Of a DNA stretch of 35,473 nucleotides, positions 16,094 to 23,643 are shown piece by piece. The stretch covers positions 1 to 35,473 of the forward strand of contig CANQYR010000001.1 in the NCBI GenBank assembly GCA_947628125.1. The letters run 5' to 3'. The stretch comes from an uncultured Bacilli bacterium. GTDB lineage: Bacteria; Bacillota_I; Bacilli_A; RF39; UBA660. Both the position numbers and the translations under genes were made by a program. The stretch's first letter is position 1. Each line of letters begins with the position of its first letter. The notes under the pieces are model-generated. The model made no database searches. It saw nothing but the letters and a program-made list of their open reading frames with translations, and was not told the DNA's origin.

Positions 16094-17300
16094 TGCAAAA
16101 CAAACTTAACTGCTGAAAACTATCAGCCTTATCCTTATCCTCTAAAATTAAATTAGCCATAATAAAGTTTTTATTAAAATAACTATGATCTAAAAAATAC
16201 TTACCATCACATAAAATAAAATACTTGGCTCTTTTAATAACCACCCCAATCTTCTTTAAATCCTCCATACCAAGCCGATAATAAAGCCTCATCTTAACAA
16301 TTCTTTTGGCGCTTTTAACACCCACACCAGGAATCCGTAATAAATCATCATAACTAGCCTTATTAATTTCCATTGGAAAAATATCCAAATGATTAATCGC
16401 CCAGTTAGCCTTAGGATCAAGTAAAACATTAAAATTAGGCGTCTTTACACTAAGCAAATCATCAACCTTATAATGATAATATCTAAGCAAAAAATCAGCT
16501 TGATAAAGCCTATGTTCTCTTTTTAAAGGAACAAATTTCAAACTAGGCAGTAAAGCATCTTTATTAACACCAACATAAGCCGAATAAAAAACTCTTTTCA
16601 AATTAAACTTCTTATATAAAGATTCACTTTGCTTCATAATCTGATAATCACTATCCATACTAGCCCCAATAATAACCTGCGTACTTTGCCCAGAAGGTGC
16701 AAAAAAAGGACTAACATTTTCTTTAATACTACCCATCACATTTAAAATATTTTCCTTAGACTTATCAGGCGCTAAAAGCTTAAGACTATTACTACTAGGC
16801 ATCTCCACATTACAACTTAACCGGTCAACTAATAAACCCAACTTCTTAATTAAATAAGAACTACTACCTAAAATAGCCTTACAATGAATATAACCGTTAA
16901 AATGATAATCATGCCGAAGCATCGATATAACCTCAATTAACTTTTCCATCGTATAATCAGGATCCTTAATAATTCCTGAACTTAAAAACAATCCCTCGAT
17001 GTAGTTGCGGCGATAAAAATTAAGTGTAATCTCACATATTTCTTTAGCACTAAACATCGATCTTTTAACATCATTGCTCCGCCTATTCGGGCAATACTTA
17101 CAATCATAAATACAACTATTAGTTAACAATATTTTTAAAAGCGAAATACACCTACCATCTGCTGAAAAAGAATGACATATCCCACTTCTATAAGCATTAC
17201 CAATACCATTAGTATTCTTTCTTTGACTACCCGAAGAAGAACAAGAAGCATCATACTTAGCCGCATCCGCTAAAATAGCAAGCTTTTCCTTTATATTCAT
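16086..17300 (-). CDS. Putative DNA modification/repair radical SAM protein (TIGR03916-type) with a C-terminal helix-hairpin-helix
   Basis: 404 aa. It has an N-terminal Cys-rich segment (YDASCSSSGS..GICHSFSADGRCISLLK), the radical SAM cluster CIYDCKYC (CxxxCxxC) and a C-terminal HhH (LLRIPGVGVKSAKRIV). Confidence 0.85.
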   Translation of the reverse strand: MNIKEKLAILADAAKYDASCSSSGSQRKNTNGIGNAYRSGICHSFSADGRCISLLKILLTNSCIYDCKYCPNRRSNDVKRSMFSAKEICEITLNFYRRNYIEGLFLSSGIIKDPDYTMEKLIEVISMLRHDYHFNGYIHCKAILGSSSYLIKKLGLLVDRLSCNVEMPSSNSLKLLAPDKSKENILNVMGSIKENVSPFFAPSGQSTQVIIGASMDSDYQIMKQSESLYKKFNLKRVFYSAYVGVNKDALLPSLKFVPLKREHRLYQADFLLRYYHYKVDDLLSVKTPNFNVLLDPKANWAINHLDIFPMEINKASYDDLLRIPGVGVKSAKRIVKMRLYYRLGMEDLKKIGVVIKRAKYFILCDGKYFLDHSYFNKNFIMANLILEDKDKADSFQQLSLFCNE

Positions 17301-17318
17301 TTTTTATCACCATTAAAA

Positions 17319-17657
17319 TTATACAACAAATGTAAATAACGTTTTTAAAACATCAATCACTTTTGTAATACCATCAGTCATAAACTTCTCCACCCCACCT
17401 GCTATTTTAATACCCGCCTTACTAGTATTACTTGCATAATCTTCTTTTACATCACTTATATAATCTTTAATATCAACATCCTTACCTAACTTTACATCTT
17501 CCTCAAATTGCCGCATCCCCTCTTCTGTAACAACTGCCTTTTCATTTAACTTACCCTCATAATAACCAGTACTAATTGCAATCGTTAAAGATATATAAAC
17601 AATAAATAATAAAAGCAAAATCCGCAAGAAAATATTTGGCTTTTTCTTCTTTTCCAT
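17319..17657 (-). CDS. Small membrane protein, YqxA-like (DUF3679-like) by position and size
   Basis: 112 aa with an N-terminal TM helix. It lies immediately downstream of spoIIP and overlaps it by 1 nt, which is the position yqxA occupies in B. subtilis. Confidence 0.55.
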   Translation of the reverse strand: MEKKKKPNIFLRILLLLFIVYISLTIAISTGYYEGKLNEKAVVTEEGMRQFEEDVKLGKDVDIKDYISDVKEDYASNTSKAGIKIAGGVEKFMTDGITKVIDVLKTLFTFVV

Positions 17658-18517
17658 TATCCTATCACCGCCTTAATACTCTTAGCCAAAACATCCATTG
17701 TCAAATTAACTTCATTAATAAAATTATATGATGAACCAACCTCAATTAAAATAACATTGCTATCTAAATCCTGATTATAAACCCCATTATTATAAGGACC
17801 ACCCTTTCTCATAATTCCCCTTGAAATACCCAAAACCTGCTTATTCATCTCATCACTAAGTTCTTTAGCTAACTTCTCATTTTCCTCATAACCATCATGA
17901 TCAACACCAATAACAAACAAAACTTTCGCATACGATAAATCTTTCAAACTAATAGTAGAACTACTATAAGAAATAGAATCTCTATGCAAATCAATAAAAT
18001 AATTCAAAGAAGGATACTTTTCAATTGCCTTTTCTAAAAGCAACCGACTAGCCTTATAACTATCAGCATAATTAAAATTATTTTCCAATAACAAATCAGC
18101 CATATCAGTTGTTTCCACCATCGAAGAAACACCCAGTCCATTTAACTTTTCCCTTAAAATATAACTAGCCGTCATAACCGATGGATTAATACCATAATCC
18201 ATCTTCAAATCAATATAATACTCCTCCTTTTGATGCGAATTATATATATACACCAAAGGCTCATCCTTGTTCTCTAAAGGATTAGGATCCGGAATATAAA
18301 CTGACTTACCATCATCTTCATTTTGATCATAACTACTAAAAGTTTCCTTAAATATTGAACTCAAAAGATTACCCGAATTAAACTGCCTTTTAACATAAAA
18401 ATTAAAAACCGATGGATCAACAAAATAAGAAAAAAATAAGATAAAACTAACTAAAAAAAGAAAACAAAATATAACCACCTTAAAACGCCTTGGTCTTTTA
18501 CTTTTAAACTTCCCCAT
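17657..18517 (-). CDS. spoIIP: Stage II sporulation protein P (SpoIIP)
   Basis: N-terminal TM helix; ..IYNSHQKEEY.., NYFIDLHRDS and ILIEVGS are typical SpoIIP motifs. I prefer the ATG at 18517 (MGKFKSK, RBS GGGTGA) to the GTG at 18526 used by the track. Confidence 0.88.
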   Translation of the reverse strand: MGKFKSKRPRRFKVVIFCFLFLVSFILFFSYFVDPSVFNFYVKRQFNSGNLLSSIFKETFSSYDQNEDDGKSVYIPDPNPLENKDEPLVYIYNSHQKEEYYIDLKMDYGINPSVMTASYILREKLNGLGVSSMVETTDMADLLLENNFNYADSYKASRLLLEKAIEKYPSLNYFIDLHRDSISYSSSTISLKDLSYAKVLFVIGVDHDGYEENEKLAKELSDEMNKQVLGISRGIMRKGGPYNNGVYNQDLDSNVILIEVGSSYNFINEVNLTMDVLAKSIKAVIG

Positions 18518-18552
18518 AATTATCACCCATAAATATTATACAAAACAAACAA

Positions 18553-18578
18553 TAAAAAAAATGTCGTTTTAAGACATT
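18553..18578 (-). terminator. Intrinsic terminator after gpr
   Basis: The minus strand reads AATGTC-ttaaaac-GACATT followed by a T8 run. The loop contains the gpr stop codon. Confidence 0.6.
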
Positions 18579-19303
18579 ATAATTTGATTAATTACCAAAG
18601 AAACCAAATGGCTCATTTTATCAATATCTTCCTCTAAATTAAGCTTAGAAAAATACCCATTCTTTCGCTTCCATAAAGTTGGATACCCAATCATCAAAAC
18701 TGGCACCCCAAAAGTCTTTTGATTAATACACTTATTATCCTTTAAAGCATCAGCATAAACAATACCACAATCATTAACCTCTAAAGTTCGATTAAGTAAA
18801 CTATCATTTTCCGTTGCCAACGAATCAATTATCAAAATAACATCTGGCTTTAAATCATGAACCACATTCGAAATAAGCCGAAAAGAAGAAATACCACTTT
18901 TATTAGTTACCTCAGGACTAAACAAAGCCACCTTAGGTATCATATAAATATCATTATAATGATTTGTCGCGATAATATTATTTAAACATTTAACGCCAAA
19001 AGAATCACCTAAAATAGATGAATTTCCTAAACCTAAAATTAAAATTGTTCCCCCTTTATGATACTTCTTCAAAAATAACCGCAAAATCTTTTTCAAAACA
19101 TTAGCAATAACCTTATCATCCCGATAAAAAGCAATATCATCAAACTTAATAGTAAAATAATCACCCTTGCCATGTTTGATCTTCGAAACAAGCTTATCTT
19201 GAACATAATAATGATTCACAATAACATTTTTTTCCTTTTTCGTATCAATTAAACACTCATTAGTAAGGACTAACCCAGCATCTAAAAACAAATTATGTTT
19301 CAT
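18569..19303 (-). CDS. gpr: Germination protease GPR (peptidase A25), unusually short form
   Basis: 244 aa. LILGLGNSSILGDSFGV corresponds to B. subtilis LIVGLGNWNVTPDALGP. PDVILIIDSLAT corresponds to PDFVIAIDALAA, and FGVPVLMIGYPT to LGVPVIAIGVPT. Both catalytic Asp positions are retained. Its position between tyrS and spoIIP is consistent with gpr-spoIIP synteny. Confidence 0.8.
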   Translation of the reverse strand: MKHNLFLDAGLVLTNECLIDTKKEKNVIVNHYYVQDKLVSKIKHGKGDYFTIKFDDIAFYRDDKVIANVLKKILRLFLKKYHKGGTILILGLGNSSILGDSFGVKCLNNIIATNHYNDIYMIPKVALFSPEVTNKSGISSFRLISNVVHDLKPDVILIIDSLATENDSLLNRTLEVNDCGIVYADALKDNKCINQKTFGVPVLMIGYPTLWKRKNGYFSKLNLEEDIDKMSHLVSLVINQIIMS

Positions 19304-19320
19304 CCTTAAATCACCAATAT

Positions 19321-19350
19321 TATTATGACAATTAACCTAAAAAATTATAC
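19321..19350 (-). promoter_or_regulatory. Forespore sigma-G/sigma-F type promoter upstream of gpr: GTATA-18-CATAATA
   Basis: Indexed: GTATA at 19350..19346, an 18-nt spacer, and CATAATA at 19327..19321. This matches the sigma-G consensus GHATR-N17-18-CATXHTA. gpr is forespore-expressed in Bacillus. Confidence 0.6.
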
Positions 19351-20570
19351 TACTTCAACTTCAAAACAAAATACTTTTTCTTACCCTTTCTAAGTAAATG
19401 AACCTTCCTTTTATCCCCAAGTGTTAAAGACTCATCACAGACAATATCCCCATCTAAACTAATTGCCTTACCACTTAAAAACTCCCTTGCTTCCCTTCTT
19501 GAAGAGGCAATATTATTACTAACTAAAATATCAATAAGACTCATGTCTTTTAAAACTTCATACGTACTAACCCCATTAAACGCGACTAAAATATCATCAT
19601 CAGTTAAACTCTTTACATCATTGTTAAATAAAGCCTCAGATATTTTCTTTGCCTTATCATACTCATCTTCCCCATGTAAAAAGCTAATAATTTCATAAGC
19701 AAGCCTTTTCTGAGCAATCCTAAGTTCTGGCTTTAAAAAATGTTCCTTTATAACCAAGTCAATCTCTTCCTTACTTAAAAAAGTAAACCTTTTTAAATAA
19801 TCCTCCATCATCACATCTTCAAAATTTAAAATATACTGATACAACTCATAACTTGAAGTTTTTTCCTTATCAAGCCATAAAGCATTACCATAGGACTTAC
19901 CAAGCTTCATCCCACTTGCATCAACCGTCAAAGGCATACTAAAGGCATAAACTTCCTTATTATTTAACTTCCTTATTAACTCAATACCAGTAGTTAAATT
20001 ACCCCATTGATCAGAACCACCAAACTGTAAAGTAACACCATATAACTCATTTAATTTTTTAAAATCATAACCTTGAATCAACATATAAGAAAATTCTGCA
20101 TACGAAATACCAATATCCAATTGCCTCTTAACCAAATCTTTATTTAACATATAATTAACATTGATATATTTACCAACATCCCTTAAAAAATCAATATAAT
20201 TTATATCCTTAAACCAATCATAATTATTAACAATAACCACATCATCGCCAAATAACTTTTGTATCTGCTTCTTAATCTTAACAAAATTAGCTTCAATAAC
20301 ATTTATATCTGCTTTTTCTCTTTCCCCAGTTCCTCTTGGGTCACCAACTCTTCCAGTTGCCCCCCCAACTAAAATATAAGGCTTATGACCATATCTTTTT
20401 AAACGTTCCACCATCAAAAACGTTGGTAACTGCCCAATATGTAAACTATCCGCAGTAGGATCAGCCCCAATATAAAAAGATAAACCACCTTCATTTAACA
20501 ATTCTTTAATATTAGGATTAGATACATCCTTTATCAAACCCCTATATTCTAAATCCTCCCATAAAGTCAT
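19350..20570 (-). CDS. tyrS: Tyrosine--tRNA ligase
   Basis: 406 aa. It has HIGH-type (SLHIGQL) and KMSKS-type (KLGKS) motifs and a C-terminal S4-like domain. Confidence 0.97.
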   Translation of the reverse strand: MTLWEDLEYRGLIKDVSNPNIKELLNEGGLSFYIGADPTADSLHIGQLPTFLMVERLKRYGHKPYILVGGATGRVGDPRGTGEREKADINVIEANFVKIKKQIQKLFGDDVVIVNNYDWFKDINYIDFLRDVGKYINVNYMLNKDLVKRQLDIGISYAEFSYMLIQGYDFKKLNELYGVTLQFGGSDQWGNLTTGIELIRKLNNKEVYAFSMPLTVDASGMKLGKSYGNALWLDKEKTSSYELYQYILNFEDVMMEDYLKRFTFLSKEEIDLVIKEHFLKPELRIAQKRLAYEIISFLHGEDEYDKAKKISEALFNNDVKSLTDDDILVAFNGVSTYEVLKDMSLIDILVSNNIASSRREAREFLSGKAISLDGDIVCDESLTLGDKRKVHLLRKGKKKYFVLKLK

Positions 20571-20896
20571 TTAAAATCACCAACCTTTTCTATCATCTTA
20601 TCATATAAAGTATATAAATACTGAATATGCTTTTCTAACCAAAAATAATATATGACATAACATAAAACAAATATAAGCAATATCCCAAAAATAATCAAAA
20701 AATAACCACTTAAAAGACCCATAGCCATAAAAATAATTGTCAATAAAGCATAAAACATTGTTACTAACAAATGAATAAGCCGCTCATGATTAAGCCTTTT
20801 AATTAACCTATCAAACTCATCCAAATCTCTTAAAGAACAAGAACTTAAAATCTTTTTCTCATACTCTAAAATAACTTTCTTTACATACTTTTTCAA
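20567..20896 (-). CDS. Small membrane protein of unknown function
   Basis: 109 aa with two central TM helices. It is coupled by ATGA-type 4-nt overlaps to both the upstream gene and tyrS. Confidence 0.55.
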   Translation of the reverse strand: MKKYVKKVILEYEKKILSSCSLRDLDEFDRLIKRLNHERLIHLLVTMFYALLTIIFMAMGLLSGYFLIIFGILLIFVLCYVIYYFWLEKHIQYLYTLYDKMIEKVGDFK

Positions 20897-21780
20897 CTCT
20901 TCACCTTTTTCTTATAAATAACACTACAAATAATACTTATAATAAAACCAGGAATAATAAATAACCAAATACTCTTAGACAAACTATTAATTAAATTATT
21001 AACCAAATCACCAAAAGAAGCTAACTTATCTAAATACTCGCTTTTTAAAACCGTTAAAATTACAATCTCCACTAAAACCATCAAAAACGAATAAACAAAC
21101 CCTAACGAAGCATAATACTTAAAACATCTTTTCCTAACTAATAAATAAATAATAAATAATAACAATAATATTCCACAAGCCAAAGATATTAAAAAAACAT
21201 TACTCTTAATTAGCCTAATAAAATCCGTAACATCCTTCAAACTAATATTTTCATAAAGCATCAAATTATCCTGATCAATTTTATTCATAATATCCTTTGG
21301 CGAAGGAAGCATATTTATAATCTCATCAGCATGACTATCAAGATACTCATAAGCCTTTTCTTCATAACTTTCTAAAAAAACCTGCTCCTCCTTAGATAAA
21401 TCTTGCTGTAAAATTAAAATATTATCCTTTACTAAAGCCTCAATATCCTCCTTAGTAACTTTAATATCCTGTCCATTAGGATCTATAACCGCATTAATTG
21501 CATTAAAAGTATAAATACCCAAAAAATTCTTAGTTGCCTTGGAATTTAACACCTGCTCAATTGAATCTTCTGGCATTGACAAAGTTTTAAAAACTTTCCT
21601 TGAAATATCTAACAACTCTTGATTATCTATCTTCGTAATAAAAACACTCAAATCATTATCATTAACAGCCTTTAAAATACTTTCCTTACTAAGCTTTGAT
21701 CTTAAAACAAAACAAAACGTAAATACAATTAAAAGACAAACTACAATAATACTTAAAATGGTAGCCAAAAAACGTTTCAT
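20893..21780 (-). CDS. Membrane protein of unknown function (N-terminal anchor, ~170-aa extracytoplasmic domain, C-terminal TM bundle)
   Basis: 295 aa. Topology is inferred from the hydrophobic segments. I recognised no family motif. Confidence 0.6.
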   Translation of the reverse strand: MKRFLATILSIIVVCLLIVFTFCFVLRSKLSKESILKAVNDNDLSVFITKIDNQELLDISRKVFKTLSMPEDSIEQVLNSKATKNFLGIYTFNAINAVIDPNGQDIKVTKEDIEALVKDNILILQQDLSKEEQVFLESYEEKAYEYLDSHADEIINMLPSPKDIMNKIDQDNLMLYENISLKDVTDFIRLIKSNVFLISLACGILLLLFIIYLLVRKRCFKYYASLGFVYSFLMVLVEIVILTVLKSEYLDKLASFGDLVNNLINSLSKSIWLFIIPGFIISIICSVIYKKKVKS

Positions 21781-21855
21781 TTAAAATCACCATCCATTAA
21801 AAGAATACCAAAAAAAAAGCATTTTGGGAAATTTAAATAAAAAAAAAAAGAGCCA

Positions 21856-22416
21856 TTAAGCTCGTCCTGAATATTTACCATCACTAGTTGAAATAATAAT
21901 TTTCTCACCTTCATTAATAAAAAGTGGAACCTTAACAGTATAACCAGTTTCAATAACAGCATCTTTCATTGCATTATTGGCCGTATTACCCTTAACAGCC
22001 GGTTCAGTCTCCACAACTGTAAACTCAATTTTCTCCGGCAAAGTAACACCTAAAAGCTCACCTTCATAATATTCAAGACTAATTTCTAACCCTTCCTTTA
22101 AATACTTAGCTTCATTTTCTAATTTTGAAGATGGAACCTCTACTTGATCATAAGTTTCCATATTCATAAACACATAATTATTACCATCATTATATAAATA
22201 CTGCATTGTACTACGATCAATATGAGCCTTCTCAATCTTAATATTGGTATTATATGAATTTTCAACAACCGCGCCCGTCTTTAAATTCTTAAGCTTAATT
22301 CTAACAAACGCACTACCCTTACCAGGCTTTACATGTTGAAACTCCAATATCTGACAAAGATTACCATCAATAATAATTGTCATTCCATTTTTAATATCAT
22401 TAATATTAATGTTCAT
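21856..22416 (-). CDS. efp: Translation elongation factor P
   Basis: 186 aa. ..EFQHVKPGKGSAFVRIKLKNLKTG.. includes the conserved KPGKG loop. Confidence 0.97.
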   Translation of the reverse strand: MNININDIKNGMTIIIDGNLCQILEFQHVKPGKGSAFVRIKLKNLKTGAVVENSYNTNIKIEKAHIDRSTMQYLYNDGNNYVFMNMETYDQVEVPSSKLENEAKYLKEGLEISLEYYEGELLGVTLPEKIEFTVVETEPAVKGNTANNAMKDAVIETGYTVKVPLFINEGEKIIISTSDGKYSGRA

Positions 22417-22427
22417 CTAAATTCCCC

Positions 22428-22601
22428 CTATTTTCCTAATTTAGTCTCTTTAAAAACAACTTCTTGCCTACAATTTGGACAATACTTTTTAATTTCTAAT
22501 TTATCCGGAGTATTCTTCTTATTTTTAATTGTCGGACGAATTTGTTTACCACATCTTGTACACTTTAATCCCAAGAATTGACGATTTTCATTTTTTGCCA
22601 T
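22428..22601 (-). CDS. rpmG: 50S ribosomal protein L33 (zinc-ribbon C4 form); below the ORF-track size cutoff
   Basis: Translated codon by codon: MAKNENRQFLGLKCTRCGKQIRPTIKNKKNTPDKLEIKKYCPNCRQEVVFKETKLGK* (57 aa). It shows the L33 pattern CxxC...NKKNTPDKLEIKKYCPxC...ETK. The RBS GGAGG lies 6 nt upstream of the ATG at 22601. Confidence 0.9.
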   Translation of the reverse strand: MAKNENRQFLGLKCTRCGKQIRPTIKNKKNTPDKLEIKKYCPNCRQEVVFKETKLGK

Positions 22602-22673
22602 AATAAACCTCCTTTTCTAATAAAGAAAACTAACAGTATTATAACAAAGATAAACTAAAATTGTAAAGCATTT

Positions 22674-23318
22674 TTAAAATAAGAACGACAATAATAACTG
22701 AAACTTATCCTGAAAAAGAAAAACCACAAACAAAGATGAAGCCAAAAAAGGCCCAAAAGCAACAAGCTTTTCCCTATCATTAAATAAACTATACACCGTA
22801 TAAGGAAGAGCCAAAAAAACCGCTAAACATAAACTACATAACCCCAAACCAAAACCTAAAAACAAACCAATTATAAAACATAACTTAATATCACCAAAAC
22901 CTAAAGTTGGCCTTTTAAAAATATAACTGGTCACCTTATAAAAAATATATATGAGCAAAAACAATAAAATACCACCTATAACACCACTTAATAATGCCTC
23001 AAACCCAAAATAAACAAACTTTAAAATAATAATTAAAACCCCACTTAAAACCAAAGGCGTATCAAGAATAATCATATACTTAATATCAGTTATAAAAATA
23101 CTAATCAAAAGTAAACTTACCAAAGAACTAGCCCAAAACATATAAGTAAACCCAAAATTATAATAATAAAATAAAAACATCAAAAAAAGTAAAACAATTA
23201 CTAAAACATATAAACTAGCCTTAGCTTTTTTCCCAAAAGGATAATTACTAAAAAAGCAAAGCAAAAAACCTAATATTACCCCTAATAAAAACAATATAAA
23301 AATATCCATAATAATCAC
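22674..23318 (-). CDS. Type IV prepilin peptidase (A24 family, ComC/PilD-like, peptidase domain only)
   Basis: 214 aa, polytopic. Both aspartyl motifs are present: FITDIKYMIILD and LGFGDIKL. Confidence 0.8.
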   Translation of the reverse strand: MIIMDIFILFLLGVILGFLLCFFSNYPFGKKAKASLYVLVIVLLFLMFLFYYYNFGFTYMFWASSLVSLLLISIFITDIKYMIILDTPLVLSGVLIIILKFVYFGFEALLSGVIGGILLFLLIYIFYKVTSYIFKRPTLGFGDIKLCFIIGLFLGFGLGLCSLCLAVFLALPYTVYSLFNDREKLVAFGPFLASSLFVVFLFQDKFQLLLSFLF

Positions 23319-23406
23319 CCTTTATTAATTTTATTTTAACAAACCCACCTTAAATATTCAATGTCATTGACAAAAAAGCATAAAATAATAACAAGGAAGT
23401 GATCAT

Positions 23407-23643
23407 ATGCCACCTAAAATGTCATGGCCATTAATATTCTCCCGCTTAAACAAAACCCTAAACTTTTGTAACCAAGTAATTCCCCTTTACATGAAAGCCA
23501 AACCCATGATCAAGAATGCTAAAGACGCCTTTAAAGTAGCCAAAGTTTTCATGGAAAAAACTAATGAACCCAAAATAACTCCTAAACCAATACCCATAAA
23601 AAAAGAACCCCAAAATATCAACAATCCGGTGTTCTTTCTATGA
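23407..23643 (+). CDS. Small protein, possibly YqfQ/VrrA-like
   Basis: 78 aa and the only plus-strand CDS. The RBS AAGGAAG lies 7 nt upstream. LNKTLNFCNQVIPLYMKAKPMIKNAKDAFKVAKVF loosely resembles the conserved YqfQ core. It overlaps the convergent mutS stop by 6 nt. Confidence 0.4.
   Translation: MPPKMSWPLIFSRLNKTLNFCNQVIPLYMKAKPMIKNAKDAFKVAKVFMEKTNEPKITPKPIPIKKEPQNINNPVFFL

Noticed and set aside
21777-21962. 61-aa minus-strand ORF overlapping the 3' end of efp
   Set aside because: It is out of frame with the highly conserved efp, covers the efp terminator region, and has an implausible composition.
23367-23372. TTGACA upstream of the only plus-strand CDS (23407..23643)
   Set aside because: I found no properly spaced -10 hexamer. 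Candidate TAATAA and TAAAAT motifs sit at 13 and 8 nt, so I do not call a promoter.
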